Shown here: positions 12,591 to 25,265 of the stretch, in pieces
How positions within the stretch are numbered: the stretch's first letter is position 1
Layout of the letters: each line of letters begins with the position of its first letter
NCBI GenBank assembly: GCA_046563655.1
Contig: CM102285.1
Coordinates: 10,912,001 to 10,976,000 of the forward strand
Direction: 5' to 3'
DNA: 64,000 nucleotides
Source of the DNA: Yuukianura sp. NJ FZ-2021
Taxonomy: Eukaryota
Translations under genes and position numbers: made by a program
The notes under the pieces: generated by a model
What the model was told of the DNA's origin: nothing
The model's database searches: none
The model's input: only the letters and a program-made list of their open reading frames with translations

Positions 12591-15500
12591 TTTGAAAATT
12601 CAAAATGTTTCTTGAGGACTTAGAAATTGCTTGTTGTTTTGAGTATTTTAGTTGTTTGAAAACGCTTTGTGTTCCTGGAGAACGCTGGAAAGGAATTGAA
12701 GGAGCGAGTGAATGAGTAAGTCCACAAAAAGTGTGGCGTTGCTCATGGTCTTAAATCCCGGGCTTTCTCTCTGCTTTCTCTCCTTGGGCCTGGCAAATAC
12801 TGACTGCAGATACCGTAAACCTCTTCTTAGGTTGCTTTCTTTTTATCAATTCTTGTTTTAAGCAGGGAGTTTCAAATGCTTCATTGGTTCAATTTTTCAT
12901 AAGAATAGGCTGCTTGTTGGAAGTTTTACGGTACAGTTTCCTGTTCGGCCATCGAGTTTCTTTGTGTAGGAAGAACACGCAAGGAACAGAGAAAGTTATG
13001 GGCAAAAGAGAAAGTGCTGAGAAAAAAAATAGCTAAATTCACCTGTTGTATACACCTTGTCAGTTGAAATATTAGCGTGACTCATTGTCATTATCTTCTT
13101 ATGTCAGAAGAACATGACTGGACCAGCGCCTTCCAGCGTCTTATTCCTTCTAAGAATTGAAGTCATGTCTTATATCCTTAAAACTATTGATGCCAATTAT
13201 TGCGGAAAAGATGCAGTAGAATCAGCCTCAGTCAATGATGATGATGAGGCTTTTTACCTTACCGTAACGCTCCTCACGGCTAAAATTTTGGCGTTATTTG
13301 GTAACAGAAAACTGCATCTCTTTTAGTTATTTGAGACGGAAGAAGATTCATATTTCTTTACCTTATGCACTACTTCCGCAGTACATTTCATCCCGGCAGC
13401 CAAAAACTCAATTCCGGTGGCATTAGAAAGCAAAGGATCGATGGGACCCCCTCCTGTCTCTTTCAATTTACTTTCTTTTAAGGGAAAATGGAAATAACGT
13501 TACCTCCTAACAGCAGACTGTATAGTTACTCCCTTCCTTCCTTTGTGGGTTGAAAAGGATCCAGATTTTAAAACTTTAGAAGAAATAAGCTAACTTTCTC
13601 CTCGATACTATCCAATCTTTTACATACTGCTACCATGGATCCTAAACTTATTTCTGGTTCCAGCGAATACTCTAAGCTCTTAAGCTTTCTGGCAACTCCA
13701 AACGCGTCAAGTTCGTTATCTCCTTCATTAGCTTTTGTTTCACAGGATTTTCACCCAGCTTTATCAACTTTTTGGTTAGGCTATGGTTTTGCATCCAAAT
13801 TTACACAAAGGGATTTGGTGAAAGTTTTTTCGGTAGAAAAAAAATTAACTTTGGTTAATTGAAATTTGTTGAGGGCTCATTTTGTCGGAGTCTAATTTAT
13901 TTTCTAGTTAGGTTGAACTAACCTAGTCTGGATTTTCCGCGAAAAGACTAGACTTATTGAATAGAAGATTTGGCATAGGAAGGAAGCTTACAAGATATTA
14001 TACAATTTGGAGTCTTGATTGAAAAGACATGTAGGATGAACAGTCCCTTCTGAATGGTATCCTTCCAAGTACTAACTGTAGTCTAGTTACTAAGTTAACT
14101 AACGTAAGAACCGTATCACTCTATGTACAATGTCTGACTTTGGCTTCTGCGTTGTGCGTTGGCGTTGGGAAAGAAAAGGAGAAAGCTTAGATTTTGGATC
14201 CATTGAATTTTGCTGAATTAATACTACACGGGATTGTGATATCAGAAATCAGTTGCCAAAAATCAGCTTCATTAAACGAAGCATAAAAGAATTGTAATAG
14301 GATCAAAGGCGATGACATAACCAGTATAATGCCTGCATTGTGTAACCTAGCCTTTGAGTAATTAATCCGATACAATAGTTACCTTGGTTTTGTTCTTTTG
14401 TTGTTTATAGTTTGTCTCCTTTTAGGAGGCACTTTTTGTTTTTGTTGTTTTTTCTTTTCCATTTCGACGCGTGCTTTGGAAAAACTTTCCCCAAAAAAAA
14501 AGATCCCCAAAACACTTTCTTCACTAAAGTTTGTATACAAAATTTCAAAAAATTGACAATTTCTATGTTAACGGTCCATGAGGCGGCTGGAATTTTTACG
14601 AAAGGTGCCTCCTAGAAAGAAACTATAGTGGCAATATTTGTTGTTTTGAAAAAGAAAGTCTGAGTATCTTACGTAACTACTGTAAATAAGACATAGTTTG
14701 CAAAAGTCAAACATTGATTTTTTTTTTACGAAAACTGCAAAAGTTTTGTCTTTATATTGAGCAACTGAATAAGAAATAAAGTTGGATATTACTTCAAAGT
14801 TTTCCTTTCACAATTTGATGGACTACGTTTGGACAGAATTTGAACAAAATCTTCGCGGAATTGAAAGCAAATCGCAAGAAAAGGGTTTGAAGTTTGTTAA
14901 ACTTTGACTGTTCGAAAAGTTGACTCTTCTTTCTTCCGTTATTCATTTTTAACGGAGTTCACTTGGGCGGTGAAAGTTTGAAGAATAAGGTAAAGCTTGA
15001 TTCAAAACTTCCGCTTATCCAGAAATGAATCTGGGCCAGCGGTCAAGTCAAGGCCACGGAACCAAGACCTCCACTCTTTTTGAGAAAAAAACAAGGAGTT
15101 ATTGCTTTCATTTATTTCGTGGTAGTTCAAGTGTCAATTCTTAATTCTTTGGACAATCCGTATTGAGAAGCGTCGTTTTCAAGTGTGAAACTCTCCAGTG
15201 AGTCGTAAGGAAGACAAATGAAGTTGGGGAGTTGGATGGGATCCAATTTGAAACCAAAGGTTTAACCGCACTTTCACCTACTTTCTCCTTGTGCTCAGAC
15301 AATGGACGAAATTTCACAGAATTTGTCTTTACTTTCAACCGCTCAACTACTTAATCTGTATCTATCCTCAGCCATCCTTTTCGGCAATTTAATGTAAAGT
15401 GGTCTATAACAAATCAGCTACGGAGGCCATTGCAGAAAGGGTTTTAGTCATTTTCCGATTGCTTTTTTACGATAAAAAGAACACAAAGGAAATCAGTGCT

Positions 15501-15831
15501 TTCACTTTCTAACATAGGGATTCGCTGCCACTCAAAATTAAAGCCGGTTTTGAGACAAACGAAAATACAGTAGTAAATTGTAGATTTGTGAATTTGTTGT
15601 TGTACTAAGAATTTTCTGAGTTTTCAAACTTTAACGATGGGTTTGCATTTCATTAAGAGAAAAAAAAGTTCTACATTTTTTGAGAGACTGGAATTTAGGG
15701 TGTTAGAAAGTCCATTGAAATGAGAGTTGCAAAAGCGGTTTTTATTTATTTTTACTTATTTTTTTTTGTTAACTTAAATATTTTGTAGTAAATTGTGGAT
15801 GTTAGAAATGTTGCTGCTGCAGGGTATCGTC

Positions 15832-18800
15832 TTAGACTCGTTGAATTTCGAAAAGTTTTACCTCCGTGTCGTACCAAATTGGTGGGTCAGTGTTTCTGTA
15901 AATTCCAAAGCAAACAAAACAAAGGCTTCAGGTTATACAGTTATGATTAGTCTATGGTAAATTGCAATCGAGAACTTGATGGCCCCACGTAAATTTTAAA
16001 ACGAAAACCAATTATGGTTAAACGTTATTGTCCATTAAGAGAAGCACGTACGCAGTTTAGGGTTTTTGTGATTTATGAATTACGATTTTTACCAAATATT
16101 TAGCAAAGTGGTTGAGAGTTCTCACCTGAGGTAAATAACACCCCACATGTAGGTACGAAACCACATTGTAGTTCCACTATTTGCTTGGTACTTCCTGATT
16201 AAAATAGGATGTGGCACAGGCAAAAGGCCCACCAGGGTTCCATGTTGCAGAAATTTCAGAATTTCACTTTCGTCTGTCAACCCTCTATAAAGTACAAAAA
16301 ACGAAAAACCAACATTTTCCAACAAAATCGATTCTCCATTGTTGTAACTTGGTCTTTAGTCACAAAGGTGACACGCAAAGAGAAACTTTTTCGAAATTGA
16401 ACACACAAAAACATTTCTTTTTTTGAAATTGCAAACAATAGTTTTGTTTTTGTCACTTTTATGAACAGATAACGATTGTAATTTGTTACTTAAATGATGG
16501 ATGAGTGAGTTCATTTCTGTTTTTTGTCGATGACTTTTCAAAAAGTATAAACAAAAGTTTATGTTTTGAGTCTGTTAGATTCATATCATAATCGTGTCAT
16601 GCCTAAACAATTATTCTTTGCTAATTTTAGTATTTGTCGTCATTTTGACAAGGAACAATTGACATGAATTTTAAAACAATGAGTTGAATTCAAATTGACA
16701 TAAAATGAGAGAGAAAGTGTCTTACTTGTCAATACAAATTTTTTCCACTTGCGGAACAAGCACTTGCAAAAGTCTCATAACGGTTTGAAGAGGCAACTTT
16801 CCTTTCCAGCTTTGCACCCACTCTGGAGTTGGACTCCATTTGCCATCACCGTGCTAGAAACAAGTTCAAACATTTTCAAAAAAGTTGTAGATTTTCAACA
16901 TTTAAAAATAAAATCCTTGGCCTAAGCGTTTCTGCCACTTAGGCTGAAATGCTCAAAATTCTTTTTTTCAAAATGCAGGTCGACAAGTTTCGCTTTCAGT
17001 TTTTGACAGTTTTTACTTTCTCCCATGCCGTGATTTCTAAACGGCAAAAGATCAAAGGAAAACGATGACATTTTCAAAAAAAGTGTAAAGGAGCTTACCG
17101 TGGATGATGAAACTGAAAATGATCTTTGGAATTGGATTCCACTTAGAGATGATTTGGATTTTGAAGATTTTGTAGATTTGGGAGATTCTGATGACTCTTT
17201 GAAAGGCATACTCTGAGATTTCTTCATTTGCGAATTCGTAGATGATCTTGGTGGTGGTGCAGGGACAGATGAGTCGTCATGTCCATGATAAGCCTGAAAC
17301 GATTCGGTAGCACTCGGCGTAGGTGTAGATGTGCCTTCATCTTCATCATCCGAACTTTTGACTTTACTTTCACTGTCTACAGATTCCGACCGAGTTGTTC
17401 CAGAAGGTGAGTCTGGAATAGATGGAGATCGACGTTGTGGTATACTCGATGGTTCTTCGTGGCTCATAAGTGACAGGCCATTGACAATTGAAGAGGTGAG
17501 CTGAGAAAGTTGGTGGGGCGAGGGATGAGCTGATTCCTTTTCAGTCATTTTGTCAATCCGTGGAATAGTTGCTAGACTGACTTTAAGTGTTCCAGGTTCT
17601 GCTGGAAGTGCTGGATGTGAGCCTTCCATTGAAGGGGAGTCGAGAGTACTTGAAGTTGTAGAGGTCATGCTATCTGATGAGCGTTTCCGTTCTTTGGGTA
17701 CTTTCTCTTTGATCAGATCCAGTTTTCCCTTGGATGTTTTTTTAACCAATGGAGTTTTCCTCATGAGGGATCGATTGATGCTGCCAGAATCAGTGGCAAG
17801 ATTTGCCAAGCCGTGGAAAACATGCCGCTTTCGGATAATTGTGTAAACCAAGTTGGAATTACCTTCAAATTGAGCAAAAACCAGAATTTTAGGTTTAATG
17901 AATTTTGGAAACAAATCGAAAATTTTAACCTCCACGTCACACAAACTGAAATTGGTATCGGATCAGATCAGGAAGAAATCAGTAGATCGGTCCCCTCCCT
18001 CCCGTCGTTTTCTTTCATGTTTCAAGAAAAGTTATGCAAAGGAACTTGGACTTACCGTCGAATTGGTACTGAATAATGTTGTTGAAAATTTCCAGAAGAA
18101 AAAAGACGAGATGATGGTTGTTTGGAGATGATAGGAGGAACCAGGGTGTGCTGAATGCTTCCAGGAAATGAAGCAGTTTAGTGCTGGAGACCATAGAGAG
18201 TGTTTTCAAGTAGGGAGATACGTTGACCAGAATTGTAAGGAGACAGTCGAAGAGAGGTTGAAGGCGCTGGTGACCCGTGGTAATAATTTTATGAAAAACG
18301 ATGATGAGCAGGTCAGCATGAGTTCCGGAAAATACGGGAATGTCCATCGGTAGAGTCACGCTGTACGGCTTGTTCAAACGAACACCAAAGTTCCGTTCTC
18401 CACTTAACAGCAGGAGGATAAAGACACCAATGTGCATGAGGCCCACTCGTGCTGAAATTTCACAAATAAAATTCATTTCCGAAAAGTTTAGGTTTTGACG
18501 AAAAGTTTAGTTTTCACACACTTTCTCCGCGTCACTTCTATATTAAGTTATAAATTCCCAGTCTCTTGCTTTACTATGAATATTTTATAGTTTTTGTTAA
18601 CATTTGAAAGTAATTTCTTTATGAAAAAGCTTTAAATAATTTAACTCACATTGATCTGCTCTGGAATCGTTGAGATGATACAAAATCGGGACGAGAATGT
18701 CTAGTACATCCGATGTTTTCAGAACAAAATACAGGAATTTCTATTTCAAAAAAGTAAAAAGTTCACAATTTTTTAGGAAACCGAGTATTTGACGTAGAAC

Positions 18801-21018
18801 TGTCGATTTGGAGTCATGTTTTACGGAATACTTCAATTTTATCAATGTATTTCATACTTTGTTGTAGTCACACATCTTCCAAAAAAGCACGAGAAGTTCC
18901 TGATGAAATTGAATCTTCTTCGTAGAATGTGGCAGATACGTTTGGAGTAGCGGATTGTTAAGTAGCTTCGTAAATCCTTTCAAAATGAAAGTGAAATCCT
19001 CCTCTCTATGAATTCTTGAAATGTAGTTGATGAATAGGTTATCCATATTTGGTGTAGTCTAAAATAGTATTAAAACGCATCATCGAATATTATTGCCTAA
19101 AGATGTAATATTTTCGACAATGAAAGTAATGCCAATGGCCTTGGTTATTAACTCAAATTTAGTATGACCATGAAAGTGCAGATGAAATGCTTAAGCCTAT
19201 TCTGAGGATTTAATGGATTTGGAATTAACAAACAGGAAAAAGCCTTGCAAAAAAGAAAGAGTTTTAAAAGGGAAAAGCCGTTATTCGGGAGATTCTTTTG
19301 TCGTGTCATTATGCAAGTAAGCATGGACTTAAAGAGTGGTTTTAAGGAAGTATTAATAGAACCAAGGGAGTTTTGTAATCATCATCTTACGTCTTCTTCG
19401 CATGAATTGTTTGTGTCATGGTCCAAGACAACAATGAGGACCTGGAGAGCTGCCTCCACCAGTGGTTCTCTAGAGTCACTGAACAGTAGGTGGTTGTAAG
19501 GCATTCCAAAGCCAACGGGATCATAGGAACAGACGACATTTAGTAGAGACGTAAATAGCGGAAGTGTATGACGATTCTCCCCGGAAGAAAAGTACTCGAT
19601 CCATTTGTTTGGCACCAGCGTGTCGCCTGTTCAGACACATTTTTAATGTTTTGTGAAATTTTTAGGCAATTTGAGAATTTAATCGAAGCTTTACGGTAGT
19701 TTTGTGAAACCTTTAACACGAAAGTGAATTTTAGTGCTTACCCGCTGGGGTAATGTAAATAGTTTCACTGAAACATGCCAAAAGTAATTTCAGAATTTCT
19801 GTACGATTGCTGTCATGTTGCGGACTATGTGAAGGGGAATGGGCAAATCCAACACCAGCTTCCCAAATGTATTCGCAACTGTCAATAGACGCTAAGTCCT
19901 CAGCTTTATCCTGAGAGGTCAAAGGTCAATAGATTTTAGTAACTTTCAAATTGAAATCAATTTTCATTGAAAATGTTCTTACGGGTCCGGATTTTTTGTT
20001 TGCCGAAACAGTAAAGTCGGGACAGAAGAGCAAATCCTGAATGAAATGCAAATATTTGGAAATTATCATTAATGTGAACAATTTGGGTTAAATGTTTTGA
20101 AGTCCAAAAAGTTTTGGCCATGATCATTAGATTTATGGCCAACAGAATTGCATAACGTAACATATTGTTTTCTTACACAAAGTGAGCTAACAAGAGCCTT
20201 TGCAAGAGGCAAAGTGTCTTCATCTTCGTGTGGTTGACTGCTAGGCAGACTTGACCAAAAGAAAGTTCGCCAGTCAGGGTCTTCAAACATGTACGGAATA
20301 ATCCGGGTCAAAAGTCGAATGCAGTTGAGAGCTGATCAGCATATGAAAAAACAACAAAGAAATTTAGAGTCCCATTGTTTTGTGTTAAGAAATAATCCCG
20401 ACGAGTTGAAATTGGAGAAAAGGAAAGTGACATTTTTAAGGTGGGGCAGGTATGAATTAACGAAGTGTCTTTAGTATGCATGACCTCGTGTCAAAGTATT
20501 GTTGCTTGGTTTTTTAAGTTAATTAGTTTCTTACCAACTTGCTGGTCTTGATGAGTTCGACAACTTGTGTCGACAGCTTTGACCAATTTCTCAACAGACT
20601 TGTAGCAGAGAGTTGCCAAATTGTTGGGAGACTCATCCCGAAGTTGTCTAATTTCCGTTGCTGGAACTACAGTGAAAATGTCACTCGGGTTGGCCAAACT
20701 GTCTGCCCAGAATTGCTCCCAAAATTCGTCATCATTGGGATCTACGGGCTTGTGGAGAGAAAAAGAATTACAAAAATTCAAATTTTGAATTTTACTGGAA
20801 ATTTTTTTTTGATGTTTTCAATAAAGTTAACGCCAACGACAACTTTCTCCTCTGCCCGGACAAGAACTTACTATTAACTTCGAACAGTTTATTTTTATTT
20901 CCTGGGAAAGTAAATTTTAAAATGTTGGATTGAAATTTTGTAAAATTCTTACTCTAGTTTTAGTCGACAACTCCACAAAGGCCTTCCGAAAGTGAAGTTT
21001 TGTATCCGCATTGCCCAT
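15832..21018 (-). CDS. HID1: HID-1 (dymeclin-related Golgi/dense-core vesicle biogenesis protein), 13 coding exons, about 898 aa
   Basis: Exons 20953-21018, 20535-20748, 20177-20331, 19983-20036, 19742-19910, 19391-19626, 18858-19058, 18650-18740, 18056-18451, 17099-17862, 16726-16853, 16126-16284 and 15832-15895 join in frame. Myristoylation-type start MGNADTKLHFRKA; conserved blocks LLLLSGERNFGVRLNKPY and GTLVGLLPVPHPILIRKYQAN; canonical C-terminus DPPIWYDTEVKLFEIQRV. Confidence 0.96.
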
Positions 21019-22850
21019 ATTGCAGCAAATTGTTACTATTTTACACTTTAATTTGAATTTTTAACAGTTTTGGTTGCTTATGTTCAATTTTTTAGCAATA
21101 TGGTCCAAAACTTTAGACCTTATGGCTTTAGATTCGCCGTGGATGTTTGGTAGATTCTGGAGTTTTGGCTTAGATCTTGAAACTATGCTATTTCCTTTGG
21201 TAAGTGTCAAATAGGAGTTGCAGTAGAAAGGACTTTACGCAAGCGTTCCTCCTAAATTCTGCTATGGAAAATTATTGATTTCGGTTTTGGGAACCACAAG
21301 GCAGAAACAGATGCGGGGTCACGTGGTTTTAGTTTATTGTGGTTGTCTAACATCCTTACTGCCTTCCCCAATATAATTACTCCTATTTAAATGTAGTCTT
21401 AATCCCAATCGTACCCAATTTCTCCTATTCTTCTATCATCCTAGTCCTGTTTCAAAGCTATAAAGTATTTGAGCGTCTCACTAAAAAACTTGTTGTAAAA
21501 GTGGACTTCTTACTCTAAAGAGCTTTGAAAAAGCGGGAGGAGCAACTGAAATCAAACAAAAAAGAGTTCATAGTATTTGTCAATTTTTTTGAAAAAAAAA
21601 AATATTATAGATTATATTTCTCAGAGTTTACCCTCAAAATAGGAGAAAGTGAATATGCAGAATTTAAGATTGGATTTGGATGTTGAATTGTTGATCGGAG
21701 ATTAATTTTGCTAAAAGGCCTTTGCCGGATATTTTTGTCATATGAATAAACATCCCGGACGTCAAAAATTTGAACCGTGAAATTAACGAATTTATGTTTA
21801 GAAAAAGTCGTTTGTTTCTGAAATGTTGATATTTTACTCACTATTACTCCTTCATCTTACCGCATTGAACATGTTGTACCACTTTCAATTTTGAGTTAGA
21901 AGATTTGCAATTTATTGCGTTCGAAGTTCTGTTTTACTTGCGAAAACTTTCTTCCCTTTGTCCATTGTTCTGTTTTTTGAATTTAAATGAACATCCAATT
22001 TTTTAAAAGCCCTTGTTTAATATGGGACACTTCAAATTTAAATAACAAATAAAGTAGTCCACCGCCTTTACAATAAGTATTTCACACCTACAGGCATGTG
22101 GTTGCATCTTCTGTCAAAATCCACCCCTATGTGCAAATTATACAAACACTTGAAGGCACTAATTGTCCAATAGATTATCTTCATCTTGAAAGCCCAACAA
22201 GGAAGATGCACAGAGATCATAAGTTCCGAAAGATTTAGAAAGGATGTTATAAGCTTTAAGCAATTTATGTATTTTTTGGTCAACTGCATTAGCACAAATT
22301 GATTGATTGACAATTGACAAAAGATTGCAAATTCCGATAGGCAGGGATGGAAAAAGGTAAATATTTTGCCAATTTGCAAGTGAGCTCTGCACAATCCTTC
22401 AATTTTGCGCATCACCACGCCTTTTATTCGTTAATTTTTAATGAGAAAAATAATTTTAATGAGGAAAAACATGCTTCCTATTTTTTTCAATTTCACAAAA
22501 GATGAACCCCAAACCAGATTTCCTGAGCTTCAAAATTATTGAAATATTGAAATTAATATTGCAACTTGAGTTGTGTCAATTTGTAAGTTTATTTCCACAT
22601 TGACGTTTCAAAAAAGGCATAGAAGAACCAACAATGGAGCGCGTAAATTTTGGGGAAGGGATAGCACTTCTGCTATATTCTATTGTTAAGTTAGCCTTAA
22701 ACCAAACTTGTCTCTTTCCATTGTTGTTTCGTTTTCCTACTATGAAATCAACCCCCTTTGGATGTTAACGTTAGAGCAAAATTCATCATCCCTCTCACCA
22801 CCACGAGCAGAATTGCAGGAGCCATCACGACGTTCCTTTTGCTACTTCTG

Positions 22851-22856
22851 TCAGTT
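22851..22856 (+). promoter_or_regulatory. Candidate initiator (TCAGTT) for the GPCR transcript, divergent from HID-1
   Basis: Matches the arthropod Inr consensus TCAGTY. The first GPCR coding exon is preceded by a splice acceptor (tttcttag at about 29973), which implies an upstream non-coding exon. The link between the two is inference. Confidence 0.35.
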
Positions 22857-23546
22857 TTCGTATAGAGATTCTCGTAGTAGAACGAAAAATGCAAAAGTCT
22901 TTTGCTGTGCGAAGTGCGATTAGTCGTGAATGATTAGTCGAGGAAGACTGTCAAGCTAAGTGGAAAGAAGCGTAAAGTAACGTGACAATTTACAATAACA
23001 AATATTTTTTTTTAATTTTGAATTTTATAAAAGTGGAAAGTGAAATTTGCCAGGAAGTTTGAAGCTAATCGAAGATTAAAGATTGTAGTGATACAGTGAA
23101 AAAGATCATTAGGAACGTGTTAATTGGACACAAAGTGAAAGGCTTGTTTTAATTAATTTAAAGAGTTAAGTTGTACGTGTCCAAAGTATCAATCACTCTG
23201 TGTCACTACTACTGGTCTTTTTTGGCTCCTTCCTGGAAATCAAATCTCGGTGAGAACTTTGGTGATCAATCTTGTTTTCTCCGTTTTTTGTTTCGAAAAT
23301 TAAGATTTAGTAGATCGCTTATCGAGATGTCATTCCAGTTTTCACTGTCCGAAAAACTTGTCTGATTCTACCACTGTCACATTCATCATTTTATCAGTCG
23401 TCAAATCTTACTTAAAACTGTCAACAATTTTGTAAATTGCAAGAAAAATCATTAGAATTGTCAATATTCAATTAAGTTATCAATGGAATTTGAATTCAAG
23501 AAGGGAAAACCTGTTCAACTTTTGTGAGAAATTTTGGAAAGTCCAG

Positions 23547-25265
23547 AGGTCATCTTTCAGAGATGACCTAACTCTTGCACTGTGTATGACGCTGAGAGTG
23601 ACCTAGATGACCTAATTGTAATTGAAACTAAAAAGTCACATCATCAGTATCGTCTTGCGTCATAGGTTTTGTTTTAAGAGTTTCCGTTGAATCTGTCCAA
23701 CCTCCCATCATCATACCGTAGTCCATTGTATTCCGATTTAAAACATTTCCTGCCTTTGTCCTTGCACCTTTTCAATGAAAGTACTTAGTGCTTCAGTCTA
23801 AGGTCAAAAGGTCATTTCCAGGAAGAACGAAATTCCTGAATCCTAAAACCTAACGTTTTCCCTGAGGCAAGTAACGCTACTTGTCTCCTTTTACCTTACA
23901 TTTTTCCACTAAATTTTTGTCAGATTGAGTTTAAACGAGAGAGCTTACTTTTCCAAATGGAAAATTTTGAAAACGAAAACATTTTCTATTTTTATTTCAT
24001 TCTTAAGGTGTACTTTGTACTTTTAGAGCTTATTATGTGTATCACACGTAGATGTACGCTACGAAGGATGTTAAGACTAATAAGAGAGTTATGCATCGCT
24101 AAGTAACAAAAGTTTCACTTCTTTTCGTACTCCACTTAATTTTCTCTCAGATGTAAGATTTTGAGGCTCAAATTTTGGAAATTCGCAAATCCGTAATAAA
24201 TTTTGGTGGTAAAAGATAATCTCTTGCCACAAAATGAGATACTACTTTTCTTTTATTTTTTATTTTCGAAAAAATCAGAGTAATTGGCATGAATTTTTGT
24301 GTTTTGTCACAACTGACTGATTAGTAAGAGATGATGGTGACCTCAGGCAGAATTTTGACCTGTGAGAGGTCACCGAAGCCACTCAACCAAAATTTTCAGC
24401 TTAAAGTAAACATGCATCAGAAAACAAGGAGTTCATGTCTTTCCAAAAGAGCTCTGACAGGTTACTTACTAAAAACGTCCACTAAAACGTTGTAATGAGT
24501 TTTTTATTTGCTCAGATTAGACCAGGTTTTGCAAATGCGAAATTGTGCGAACCTGAACATGAGCTCTTAAACACTTGCTCACAATCAGAGAGATTAAAAT
24601 CTTTGCCGCTAGGCGAAAGAAATCCGTAAGTGCCAAAAATTAATACTTGAAAAATTATGAAACGTTTCTCTCTGTTTTTTTTTCTTGCTTTTGCAATTCA
24701 AATTTTTGCACGTTAATTTCCTTCTCTTTTCCTTTCTTTTCAAAAATTTGTTGACATTTGGCACCTTGTAAGACATTTACGAGTTTACCTCCCAAAAATA
24801 CAGGTTAGTCGATCCTTGATTCCTGAGAAGTTTTAATGCTCCCGAGAGGCTTTGAACCTGCTGCCACGGTTGCCGACGGCAGTCACCGATTGTCTTACTA
24901 ACGGTTTTCGCTGTCTGTCTGAGCCTCGTGTTCATAAACAAAGAATTTTATGTTCAAAACGTTTTTGAAGATGAAAAGAATCCCCTTTAGTTCACAAAAG
25001 CAGTTTGGTGGACTGCGATGACCTTTAAAGGTCAAGTGGTTTTGGAAATTGCGTTAGAATATTGTTTAGCCAAGCCTAGAGTTTCTCGAGAATCTAAATT
25101 AAAGTAATTCAAGTGTGCAGAAACCACTTAATCCTTTAACAGACAATGCAACTTGAAATTAACGCAGTCCACATGGTTCTAAAAATTCTATTATGCTGAG
25201 GCTTGACAGCATAAGTCAAGAGCACTTGCAAAATTCCACGTCTGAGTTGATGTGCCTTTTGACCT
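23547..25265. promoter_or_regulatory. Cluster of 12 nuclear-receptor half-sites (AGGTCA/TGACCT)
   Basis: Exact hexamers start at 23547, 23564, 23599, 23608, 23801, 23809, 24338, 24356, 24367, 25019, 25029 and 25260; ten of them are paired. Confidence 0.6.

Noticed and set aside
22068..22418. 116-aa minus-strand ORF between HID-1 and the GPCR
   Set aside because: No motif, splice structure or transposase/RT similarity recognised; likely chance.
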